NCBI GenBank assembly: GCA_046582655.1
Contig: JAYGDX010000088.1
Span: 1-26,604, forward strand
DNA from: Candidatus Poribacteria bacterium
GTDB lineage: Bacteria; Poribacteria; WGA-4E; UBA9662
Length of the DNA stretch: 26,604 nt
Direction of reading: 5' to 3'
Below the pieces are notes generated by a model. It searched no databases. It was not told where the DNA came from and saw nothing but the letters and a program-made list of their open reading frames with translations. The position numbers were made by a program, and so were the translations under genes. This document shows positions 17,986-26,604 of this stretch, piece by piece. The number at the start of each line of letters is the position of its first letter. Positions within the stretch are counted from its first letter, which is position 1.

Positions 17986-19113
17986 ATGCCTGAAACCTAT
18001 AAAGTGGCTATCATCGGATCAACTGGTAGAGGCGGTTATGGACATGGTCTGGACACTGTATTTAAAGATCTGGATAACGTGGAACTGGTGGCTGTGGCTG
18101 ATGGCAATCCCGAAGGATTGATCAAAGCTGGTGACCGGTTGGGTGTGTCCCATCTTTATGATGACTATCGAAAGATGCTAGCAACGGAAAAACCTGATCT
18201 GGTCAGCATCACACCCGGTTGGGTTTCGGAACGGGTGCAGATGATTGAAACTGCTGCTTCAGTTGGAAGTCACATCTATTGCGAAAAACCAGTGGCAGGC
18301 AGCCTCGCCGAAATTGATACCATCGTAAACGCGTGCAGCAGAGGAAACATAAAGATGGCAATTGCCCACCAGTGGCGTGCCATGCCCCCGATTCAGCAAG
18401 CCATCGCAGATGTCATGTCGGGGAAGTTTGGGAAACTGCTGAGGATCTGGGCACGTCCTAAGGATGACAGCCGGGGTGGTGGTGAAGAACTGTTGTTGCA
18501 TGGTACGCATCTCTTTGATTTGATGATGGCTTTCACCAATATTCCCCGCTGGGTTAGTGGTCATGTACTACAGAATGGCCGGGACTCTACTCAGGCAGAT
18601 ACCCACTATGGCACACAACCTGTTGGTCCCATCATCGGCGATTCAATCTCAGCCACGTTTGGCTTTGACAATGGTGTTCGGGGATTCTTTGAGTCTACAG
18701 CCAATCTGGCAATTCCGGGTCAGTCGAACTTCAATAACCTCTTCGGCATGTCAATTGAATGTGAGCAAGCGAGACTAGAACTTCGTGAACCCGGCGATTG
18801 CTACATCTATCCGGCACCGCGGGTTTTGCCTGATCAGGAGCATTTGGCCTGGGAAAAGGTCTGGATTGAGGGTTGGCACGATAAATATGACCACAATACC
18901 CTCTGGAAAAATTTCCTTCACTTGGGTAACCAGATTCTCGTCAAGGACTTGATCGAGACTATTGAAACAGAGAGAGAACCACTTTCCAGTATCTGCATGG
19001 CACGTTACGTCAATGAAATGGTCCAAGGGGTGTACCTATCGCACCTGTCCGACGGTCGCCGAATCGACATCCCCTTGGCGGATCGCACGCATCCGTTGGG
19101 ACCCTCCGAATAA
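17986..19113 (+). CDS. Gfo/Idh/MocA family oxidoreductase
   Basis: YKVAIIGSTGRGGYGHGLD, HIYCEKPVA and GGGEELLLHGTHLFD. Confidence 0.92.
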   Translation: MPETYKVAIIGSTGRGGYGHGLDTVFKDLDNVELVAVADGNPEGLIKAGDRLGVSHLYDDYRKMLATEKPDLVSITPGWVSERVQMIETAASVGSHIYCEKPVAGSLAEIDTIVNACSRGNIKMAIAHQWRAMPPIQQAIADVMSGKFGKLLRIWARPKDDSRGGGEELLLHGTHLFDLMMAFTNIPRWVSGHVLQNGRDSTQADTHYGTQPVGPIIGDSISATFGFDNGVRGFFESTANLAIPGQSNFNNLFGMSIECEQARLELREPGDCYIYPAPRVLPDQEHLAWEKVWIEGWHDKYDHNTLWKNFLHLGNQILVKDLIETIETEREPLSSICMARYVNEMVQGVYLSHLSDGRRIDIPLADRTHPLGPSE

Positions 19114-19292
19114 AGAACGACAGATACTCCCGAATTCTTCTAGTCGTTAATCCTCTTTGATAATGTTGTTCAGCTAAATTTTATTAAAAACTTAATAGCT
19201 TCGGACACCCCAATCTCCCAATCAATCCAGCCCATATCTGATCTAAACTATAGCCAATTTGTGGTTGACGTATTATACCGATCAAAGATCAG

Positions 19293-19322
19293 TTGTCTCT
19301 ATTCGTTTCTCTATGTTATATT
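19293..19322 (+). promoter_or_regulatory. Putative extended -10 promoter for the membrane-protein pair
   Basis: TTGTCT (19293-19298), 18-nt spacer, and TG-n-TATATT (19314-19322), about 90 nt upstream of ATG 19413. Confidence 0.3.
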
Positions 19323-19412
19323 GCAATCGCAGTGATTTTTCTGTCATCAGATCTTTGATGTCCACCCTCTTCTGTAAACGCACCGCTATGTCCACCAACA
19401 TTTAAAGGTTCA

Positions 19413-21317
19413 ATGCGTACACGACTATACGCTGGTATATTCTTAGGATTGATCTTAATCCCTATCAATGCTCACTGGATTGCCTTAGTGAGTGGCGTTA
19501 AACATTCACTTAATCCAGCGTATGGTTCTTTATTTATTGCGCCTGTTATCAATCTGTTTTTCCTTCTATTCCTGAATCTAACTTTAAAAAAAATATCACC
19601 ACGATTGGTACTAAATCGCCTAGAATGCATTGTCGTTTATGAAATGCTGGTTATGCTATGCCTTATTTCCGGACATAATCCTATGGATTTTCTGCTTGGG
19701 ACACTGATCCACCCTTTCTGGTTCGCTTTACCTGAAAACGAATACGCGACACTCTTCCATAGGTACATTCCACGATGGTTTACCATAGAAAATAAAGAAG
19801 TGTTAAAAGGGCTTTTTGACGGGGAATCTTCCCTTTATACCTCGCAACACCTGATGGCATGGTCCTGGCCAGTGATTCTTTGGTCAGGTATCACCTTTTT
19901 TATCTTTTTTATGCTTCTCTGCCTTAATAGTATTCAGAGGTCACAATGGATAGCCAAAGAAAAGTTGAGTTATCCAATTGCGCAATTGCCTATCGAAATG
20001 ACAAAATCTGGTTTTTTCAATCAGAAACTATTATGGATTGGGTTTTCGGTTGTAGCATTGATCCAGATTTTGAACGGGCTACATTTTCTTTTTCCGTTCG
20101 TACCAAGAATACCACTGAAAATATCCGATTTCGGGTCCAAAATTTTCACCGCTAAACCTTGGAATGCTATTGGGTGGTTGCCACTGTTTTTTTATCCGTG
20201 GGTTATCGGACTGACGTTTTTCGTCCCGTTGGACTTATCATTTTCAGTTTGGTTCTTTTTCTTATTCACCAAAATCCAACTTATTATCGGCAGTATCAGT
20301 GGATGGAGATCTCTACCTGGATTCCCATACTACAATCATCAAGGACTCGGCGCCTGGATCACTTTAGGGCTGCTGGTTCTCTGGCATAGTAAAGAACACA
20401 TAAAAGAAACCCTTGCCAAGTTTTTTGCTCCTCAAACTGATAACCACGTTATGCGAACAGGTCTGTCAGGACACCGACGGGCATTATTTGGAATTGCTTG
20501 CAGTTTGATTATCCTTGTCCTTCTCTTCCACCAAGCGGGAATGTCCTTCAGCATTATACTGATCTTCTTGGCTATATATGTTGTCATGTCTGTTGCCATC
20601 ACACATGCTCGGGCAACCGTTGGTATCCCATACCATGAAATTATCTATACACATCCGCAGTTGATGTTGGTTTCCGCTGTTGGCACACGCCATATCGGAG
20701 CCAACAACCTGACATTGATGTCATTTTTATACCCATATGTTCGAGATAATGTCTCGCATCCAATGCCAAATCAACTGGAAGGATTCAAAATTGCCGAGGC
20801 TACCGGAATGAGACATGGAAAAATGGTGATGGTGATGATTATCGGATTGCTCTTTTCCATCTTCGCCTCATTTTGGAGTTATCTCCATGTCATGTACAAG
20901 TATGGTGTAAGTCATGCAAGCGGTTATTTTATTGGTATTGGCCGAGAGAACTTTGGCCGGGTTTTGCTCTCCTGGTTGGTATATCCGCAGACCACAGACT
21001 ACGTCGGGCTGTCGTTTATGGCTTTGGCTTCAGTATTCACAATCCTCCTGATGATAATGAGAAGGAGTTTTCTCTGGTGGTCATTTCACCCAGCAGGTTA
21101 TGCGCTGGGTATGTCTTCCGGAACTGTCTGGGTCTGGAGTGCCATTTTTACCGGATGGATCATCAAAATGACCATCTTAAAACTTGGTGGATTGAAGATG
21201 TACCGCCGGACTGCCCCGTTCTTCTTGGGATTAGTTTTGGGTGACTATGTTATCGGTTTTGCCTGGAGCATCGTCGGATTAATATTCAATGTATCGGTTT
21301 ATCGTGTCTGGTATTAA
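19413..21317 (+). CDS. Large polytopic membrane protein, DUF6785/DUF6784-like (putative transporter)
   Basis: 634 aa with many hydrophobic segments. PENEY..LF..YIPRW, QW..KEKLSYPI.QLP, WWSFHPAGY and GGLKMYRRTAPFFLGLVLG motifs. Confidence 0.8.
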   Translation: MRTRLYAGIFLGLILIPINAHWIALVSGVKHSLNPAYGSLFIAPVINLFFLLFLNLTLKKISPRLVLNRLECIVVYEMLVMLCLISGHNPMDFLLGTLIHPFWFALPENEYATLFHRYIPRWFTIENKEVLKGLFDGESSLYTSQHLMAWSWPVILWSGITFFIFFMLLCLNSIQRSQWIAKEKLSYPIAQLPIEMTKSGFFNQKLLWIGFSVVALIQILNGLHFLFPFVPRIPLKISDFGSKIFTAKPWNAIGWLPLFFYPWVIGLTFFVPLDLSFSVWFFFLFTKIQLIIGSISGWRSLPGFPYYNHQGLGAWITLGLLVLWHSKEHIKETLAKFFAPQTDNHVMRTGLSGHRRALFGIACSLIILVLLFHQAGMSFSIILIFLAIYVVMSVAITHARATVGIPYHEIIYTHPQLMLVSAVGTRHIGANNLTLMSFLYPYVRDNVSHPMPNQLEGFKIAEATGMRHGKMVMVMIIGLLFSIFASFWSYLHVMYKYGVSHASGYFIGIGRENFGRVLLSWLVYPQTTDYVGLSFMALASVFTILLMIMRRSFLWWSFHPAGYALGMSSGTVWVWSAIFTGWIIKMTILKLGGLKMYRRTAPFFLGLVLGDYVIGFAWSIVGLIFNVSVYRVWY

Positions 21318-21368
21318 CAAATACCATTTTAACCAGAATTTAATGAAAAATACGCTTAGAATCCAACC

Positions 21369-23336
21369 GTGATAAAAGAACCCACGAAAAAGATCCAGCA
21401 GATGAAAAAGGTAGCCCAACACCAGATAACCCCAAGATCTGTGCTGATTGGAGTCAGCGTGGCCATTTTTGTCAATCTGGCTTCTCCCTATACCGAAAGC
21501 GTTGGTTTCAGTAACTTCTCATGGAGTTATCTCCCAGAGGGAGCGGCCATCCCAATACTACTCATTCTGGCTATTAATGTGTTGATCCTGAATGTACGAA
21601 AAAGATTAGGTTTAACCCAGAGTGAACTGCTGGTTATTTTTGTGATGGGATTAGTTTCCAACGCAACGTCGATATGGTTAATTTATTTCTTTCTTGCCGC
21701 AATTGTTTCTCCACGATACTACGCTTCACCAGAAAATGAATGGCAGCATCTCCTTCTTCCTCACCTTCCGGATTGGTTAATCATCAGCGATACTAATCAT
21801 GCTGTTCGATGGTTTTATGAAGGATTGCCATCAGGTGCGAAAATGCCTTGGCAAGATTGGATCATTCCTCTAACAGTGTGGTCAACTTTCTTTATTGCCC
21901 TGATCTTAGCCTCATATACATTAATCGTCTTCTTTCGCCAACAATGGATAGAACAGGAAAAACTTGCCTACCCGTTAATGCAACCGGTGCTTCATCTAAC
22001 TGAAAGAAGTCGTCATCCTGAACGGTCTGTGTGGTTGAATCCGTTGCTTTGGTTGGGAGTTGCAATCCCATTTTTCATTGTTGTCTTGGACGTATGTCAT
22101 CATATTAAACCGCAAATCCCGTCCTTTCCTATCGACCACCTTGGTTCACTCAACTGGGGGAGACCTTTTTCAAGCCCTGGCCTTTCATCACTAGCATGTT
22201 GTATCAACTTCGTTGCCATCGGGGTCGGATACTTTGTACCACAGGACGTGCTACTAAGTATCTGGTTACTTTATCTTTTGATCAAAGTTGGAGAAGTCTC
22301 AGTATTGTCTTACACCGGCAAATGGTACCTTGGTTCTGGGGGCATGTTTGTCTGGGGGAACGCGGCTATCGCCTGGCAATCTTTCGGCGCGTTTATCATC
22401 TTTGTTGCATTCTTCGTTTACCGTGCCAGAAAACATCTCTGGCAATTTGCGAGTTTATCATTGAAAAATAAGCAACCTGACCAAAACAGACTCATGTCGC
22501 CAAGAACTGCGATGATAACATTTGGAATCAGTATTTGCTTTATGCTGATATGGCTGACTCAATCAGGACTTCAATTTAAAGTAAGCGTGATCTTCATACC
22601 GCTATTGATGCTGATTTACCTTGGTATTTCCCGCGTGATTTGCCAATCCGGTATCTTTTATGTCGTACCTCCAATGATTGCGCAGAATCCGTGTATCCAT
22701 CTTTTGTCATCTCGGCGAATTGGTGCGCAAGGAATGGTCTCGCTGGGTTTAACCTACGCCTGGCATGGTGACGTTCAATCCATTGTATCTGGTTTAAGCG
22801 CAGAAGGTGTAAAATTACAGCCTGCGATTGGTTGCACCGGTCGGCAGTTGACAGGCTTGATCTTACTTGCCTTAGGCGTAGGTTTATTTGTCGCACCGTG
22901 GGGTGTAATTCTCTCCGGCTATTGGCAAGGTGCTATAAACTGGAATACATGGCTGTTCCGCGGATTCGGAACAAATACATACGGTCAAGTACTCAAACAG
23001 ATTGAATCTTCAATGGGACAAAAACAAATATGGCAACGTCTAATCTATCTTGGAATTGGCGGATTGCTGACAGTGGGCCTAACAATCATGTACTACCAAT
23101 TTCTCTGGTGGCCGATACATCCAATAGGACTCGCTATTATTTCTTCATTTACATTGTATGCCGTCTACCTCGGTTTCTTTCTCGCATGGACTATCAAACA
23201 TACCATACTGAGGTGGGGTGGATTACGTCTTTATGCAAAAGGTATTCCGTTTTTCATCGGTTTGCTGATTGGTCATTATCTTGGTCGAGCAGTAGCCTTG
23301 ACTATTTATACTATCTATGGATTGCGGTTTGCTTAA
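21369..23336 (+). CDS. Large polytopic membrane protein, DUF6785/DUF6784-like (paralog of upstream gene)
   Basis: 655 aa. ASPENEW..LL..HLPDW, QW.EQEKLAYPL.QP, WWPIHPIG and GGLRLYAKGIPFFIGLLIG motifs shared with the upstream gene. Start uncertain (GTG 21369 or a downstream ATG). Confidence 0.8.
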   Translation: MIKEPTKKIQQMKKVAQHQITPRSVLIGVSVAIFVNLASPYTESVGFSNFSWSYLPEGAAIPILLILAINVLILNVRKRLGLTQSELLVIFVMGLVSNATSIWLIYFFLAAIVSPRYYASPENEWQHLLLPHLPDWLIISDTNHAVRWFYEGLPSGAKMPWQDWIIPLTVWSTFFIALILASYTLIVFFRQQWIEQEKLAYPLMQPVLHLTERSRHPERSVWLNPLLWLGVAIPFFIVVLDVCHHIKPQIPSFPIDHLGSLNWGRPFSSPGLSSLACCINFVAIGVGYFVPQDVLLSIWLLYLLIKVGEVSVLSYTGKWYLGSGGMFVWGNAAIAWQSFGAFIIFVAFFVYRARKHLWQFASLSLKNKQPDQNRLMSPRTAMITFGISICFMLIWLTQSGLQFKVSVIFIPLLMLIYLGISRVICQSGIFYVVPPMIAQNPCIHLLSSRRIGAQGMVSLGLTYAWHGDVQSIVSGLSAEGVKLQPAIGCTGRQLTGLILLALGVGLFVAPWGVILSGYWQGAINWNTWLFRGFGTNTYGQVLKQIESSMGQKQIWQRLIYLGIGGLLTVGLTIMYYQFLWWPIHPIGLAIISSFTLYAVYLGFFLAWTIKHTILRWGGLRLYAKGIPFFIGLLIGHYLGRAVALTIYTIYGLRFA

Positions 23337-23530
23337 ATCTACTGCCACAAAAGACATTACTATGTGTTATTTTATAAATTAAATACCAAATGTAGCCGAA
23401 TACCACAGCTCATCTGAAATATCTGTATAGAAAAATTGTTCTGTTGACATCAACCAACAAAAAGACTGTTTTACCTATTGAAATATTATAATGTAAATAC
23501 GATATTTGATTAATAAAACGGAGTTAAAAA

Positions 23531-24766
23531 TTGCCAACCAAATTTATCGGTTTCATCGGAATCTTTGCCATGATTGGTTGCGCCTACGTAATCAGTAACA
23601 ATCGGAAGGCTATCAACTGGCGACCAGTGTTTTGGGGGATTGGGCTGCAAATAATCTTCGCCATTCTTATTTTACACCTGAAGTTTGGACAGATCTTCTT
23701 CTCAAGTTGTGACCGGATTATAAATAGTTTACTCTCCTACGCTGATGCCGGAACGGATTTCATCCTGAGATCCTTTGTTACCGGCACTGTAGATCCTCCT
23801 GTACTGAATCTCGCTTTTAGAACTCTGCCTACAATTATCTTTTTTTCGTCTTTTATGGCTATTCTATATCATCTCAGGATCATGGGATTCATTATCTCAA
23901 CGATTGCTATGATCATGCAGAAAACGATGAAAACCTCAGGTGCAGAGACACTCTCTACTGCTGCTAACATATTTGTTGGACAGACGGAAGCACCGCTGGT
24001 GGTAAGACCTTTTATCAAGAGTATGACTCAGAGTGAACTGATGGCTGTAATGACCGGTGGATTTGCCACGGTAGCCGGAGGAGTTATGGCCATATACGTC
24101 AGTTTATTGAGGGATCAGGTTCCGGGCATTGCGGGGCACCTTCTGGCCGCCAGCGTGATGAGCGCCCCAGCGGCACTGGCAATATCCAAGATTATCATCC
24201 CGGAAACTGAAACACCAGCCACATCGGCTGCCAATCAAATTACAATAGAGCAAATTGACCAAAATGTTTTGGAAGCCGCCAGTCGGGGTGCAACTGATGG
24301 AATGAGATTAACTCTGAATGTTGCTGCCATGTTAATTGCTTTCGTAGCCCTAGTTGCCTTAGTTAATGGCTTTTTATCCCTATTGAACCTTAGCTTGGAA
24401 CAACTCCTTGGTTACTTGTTTTACCCCTTTGCCATTTTAATGGGAATTCCCTTCTCTGAAGCCACACAGGCAGGCAGATTGCTAGGTGAAAAACTGGTTC
24501 TAACAGAATTTATTGCCTACACTAATTTATCGGGTATCATGGCAAGTCCTAATCCACTAAGCCAGAAAAGTGCTGTTATTCTTTCTTACGCACTTTGCGG
24601 TTTTTCTAACTTTGCTTCAATCGGTGTTCAACTGGGTGGAATTGGAGGGATCGCGCCAGAAAGGAGAACGGACTTAGCTAAAATTGGCTTTCGAGCCATG
24701 ATTGCGGGTGTACTAGCGGCCAATATGACTGCAACAATAGCTGGAATTCTATATAAATCTACCTAG
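23531..24766 (+). CDS. nupC: Concentrative nucleoside transporter (NupC / CNT family)
   Basis: SNNRKAINWR, LPTIIFFS, SGAETLSTAANIFVGQTEAPL, GGFATVAGG, GEKLVLTEFIAY, YALCGFSNFASIG and APERR. TTG start with GGAG ribosome-binding site. Confidence 0.94.
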   Translation: MPTKFIGFIGIFAMIGCAYVISNNRKAINWRPVFWGIGLQIIFAILILHLKFGQIFFSSCDRIINSLLSYADAGTDFILRSFVTGTVDPPVLNLAFRTLPTIIFFSSFMAILYHLRIMGFIISTIAMIMQKTMKTSGAETLSTAANIFVGQTEAPLVVRPFIKSMTQSELMAVMTGGFATVAGGVMAIYVSLLRDQVPGIAGHLLAASVMSAPAALAISKIIIPETETPATSAANQITIEQIDQNVLEAASRGATDGMRLTLNVAAMLIAFVALVALVNGFLSLLNLSLEQLLGYLFYPFAILMGIPFSEATQAGRLLGEKLVLTEFIAYTNLSGIMASPNPLSQKSAVILSYALCGFSNFASIGVQLGGIGGIAPERRTDLAKIGFRAMIAGVLAANMTATIAGILYKST

Positions 24767-25136
24767 GAACTACCATACATCATAACCTACCTTCGGCCTG
24801 CCCGATACTCCTAATCCCTATAGAGCCCGGAAGGCAACTGGTTCAGGAATGAAGTTGATTTTGAATTCATTTGTCGATTGTGGTTCATGCCTGATATAAC
24901 ATCCCCCAGTAGATTCTTCTTGGTTTTAGATTACTGTTGAAAATTGTGTGGACGTATATACAATAATCAAAGATTGAAAAAGTAGATCTGATAAAGCACT
25001 TTACCCTTGCAATTTCCCCAAGCACTTGGCAAGATATAAGATAGTGTATGATGCTTTTTATTCTAACTGGAAGCGGATCAGATGCCTTATATTTTAGTTT
25101 TTAATTAAATACAGAGCAACCAAACAGTGGTAAAGA

Positions 25137-25180
25137 CCTTGCACAGCAAGGGCAAAGGCGAACCTACTGCTGCACAGCAG
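25137..25180. repeat. Two adjacent short hairpins sharing the direct repeat TGCACAGCA at the 3' end of the FGE-domain gene
   Basis: CCTTGC-ACA-GCAAGG (25137-25151) and CTGCTG-CA-CAGCAG (25167-25180). TGCACAGCA occurs at 25140-25148 and 25171-25179. Confidence 0.6.
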
Positions 25181-26036
25181 GGAATCCTGACACACACCGA
25201 AAACCACAGTTGAAGTTGGTACCCGTGGGATTGAAGTTGAAGCGGCATGCCGCACGCAGGAGGTTTGAAACGTTAGGCCAAGAACCTCCCCGCAAAACAC
25301 GATCTACCCCCGAACTCGGACCTTGAGGATTATGCAATTCCAAATTGCTATAATAATCTTCATCATACCAATCGGCACACCACTCATAGACATTGCCCGC
25401 CATATCATGCAAACCGTAACGATTGGACTTAAAACTGTCTACAGGAGCACACCGTGTCCACTTATCTTTACCACCTGTACCATCATAGTTGGCATACCTT
25501 CGTGCCTGATCTTCATTATCACCCCATGAATACCGCTTGCCAGTCAACCCACCTCGTGCTGCGTACTCCCACTCTGCTTCAGTGGGCAGTCGCTTGCCTG
25601 CCCACTCACAATAAGCAGTTGCTTCATGCCAATTGACAAAGATCATAGGGTGTTTAGACGTTGGTGAAGCCTCAGCCACATCGTTCCAACGATCGTATTC
25701 ATAACCTGTTTCCCTAACGAACTTCCTGAATTGCCGAACTGTCACTTCATCTTTATCCATATAGAAAGCATCCAGTTTCACCATATGCACAGGGCGTTCA
25801 CGAACCAATCCCTCATTGAAATGATCCCCCATCTCAAAGGATCCAGCCGGGATCAGCACCATTTCAGCACCGTCCTTCTCCCAGATGATTCTTTCCTTAG
25901 ATCCTTCATCAATAACCTCTTTTTCGTCAACAACCCCTTTCGGCTTGACTTTCTCAGGTTCATCTTCGCCACACCCAAAAAAGACAATCATCAGCACCAG
26001 CAACAAAACAACTGGTCTCTGAACCATCATATTCAT
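25164..26036 (-). CDS. FGE-sulfatase (SUMF1/EgtB/PvdO, C-type-lectin fold) domain lipoprotein
   Basis: Signal peptide with lipobox FFGC. MVLIPAGSFEMG, FYMDKDEVT, HPMIFVNWHEATAYCEWAGKRLPTEAEWEYAARGG, NRYGLHDMAGNVYEWC, RVLRGGSW and GFRC. Lacks the catalytic CxxxxC of true formylglycine-generating enzymes. Confidence 0.93.
   Translation of the reverse strand: MNMMVQRPVVLLLVLMIVFFGCGEDEPEKVKPKGVVDEKEVIDEGSKERIIWEKDGAEMVLIPAGSFEMGDHFNEGLVRERPVHMVKLDAFYMDKDEVTVRQFRKFVRETGYEYDRWNDVAEASPTSKHPMIFVNWHEATAYCEWAGKRLPTEAEWEYAARGGLTGKRYSWGDNEDQARRYANYDGTGGKDKWTRCAPVDSFKSNRYGLHDMAGNVYEWCADWYDEDYYSNLELHNPQGPSSGVDRVLRGGSWPNVSNLLRAACRFNFNPTGTNFNCGFRCVSGFPAVQQ
25188..25301 (-). other. Candidate DGR variable repeat (VR) in the FGE-domain gene
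   Basis: Between GGSW and GFRC, non-scaffold codons almost all end in C/T. Six are Asn (5 AAC, 1 AAT), versus 2 AAC and 8 AAT in the rest of the gene by hand count. Confidence 0.55.
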
Positions 26037-26604
26037 CTTTTTTCCAAGAACCCCTTCTTTTTCTTATGTTGAAATAAATAAAAGATGAATAACCTCACAT
26101 ACTCCGAAAATGATAAAAAACTGTATGAGAATACCGTCAAAAGCAACTCTATATCTTCGGCTGAAGAGACAAGTTGAAGTAAATCTAAGTCATACCAGAT
26201 CACACAGAGTAGAACCAATACCCCAAAACCTCACAGCTGTTACAGATCTGTACTTAATTTTAACTTAAATACAGAATAGCTACTTCAAAACATTGTCAGA
26301 AGTATGGCTTGCTAGTTGACTATCTTCTCAGGACTAACTACTGATACTCGTGCAATTGATACCCTATAGGCAGGTTACCCCTCGTACTGGTATTTTATGA
26401 CTATGTATACACTTGGCAGTATCTACCGCCTTAATTTTTCGTTTGACTAAAGCAATATAGATTAGTTGCAGATCTCAGAATTAGAGCATCCTCAGAAACT
26501 GCAGGGGAAGCAACAAAACTTGTCTCAAAGTCATTTGTTGCTAATTTTTTGAACTCCGTTCCTGATGAAATGACCGATATTCTTCCTTCTTGACTAAAAA
26601 AATA

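Noticed and set aside
24770..24910. Possible short minus-strand reading frame (MNHNRQMNSKSTSFLNQLPSGLYRD)
   Set aside because: Too short, no recognisable family, and not similar to a DGR accessory gene or template.
26033..26218. 61-aa minus-strand ORF overlapping the FGE gene start, and a weak AAAACC..ACAG match to the VR end near 26225
   Set aside because: TTG start, no motif and AT-rich composition. The match is too short and lacks the AAC-rich pattern of a template repeat.
1..26604. rRNA, tRNA, CRISPR arrays, reverse transcriptase, clear intrinsic terminators and the remaining short overlapping ORFs
   Set aside because: None recognised by eye. The short ORFs overlap well-supported genes in other frames.

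Overview
Bacterial chromosomal window with about 20 protein genes. No rRNA, tRNA or CRISPR array was seen. The gene content points to Candidatus Poribacteria (inference): four PhyH-type Fe(II)/2-oxoglutarate dioxygenases (one fused to HEAT repeats), two Gfo/Idh/MocA oxidoreductases, a LamG protein with an AVExxxKLxxxWxxLK-type tail, tandem DUF6785-like membrane proteins and an FGE-sulfatase-domain lipoprotein. Other genes encode a sugar-phosphate isomerase, a soluble acyl-ACP desaturase, an M81/MlrC peptidase, a serine hydrolase, a PQQ-like propeller, a cupin, an AAC(3)-family acetyltransferase, a metallo-beta-lactamase-fold hydrolase and a NupC-type transporter. Three loci are broken: an IS5-family element, the LamG gene and a DUF4862-like gene. 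The most interesting signal is the 3' end of the FGE-domain lipoprotein gene (about 25188-25301, minus strand). It has the codon signature of a diversity-generating retroelement (DGR) variable repeat followed by two short hairpins, but no template repeat or reverse transcriptase was found in the window, so it is a candidate remote DGR target. Also notable is a PhyH-like dioxygenase with H-x-H in place of the usual H-x-D iron motif. All family assignments come from motif recognition by eye; no database searches were run.
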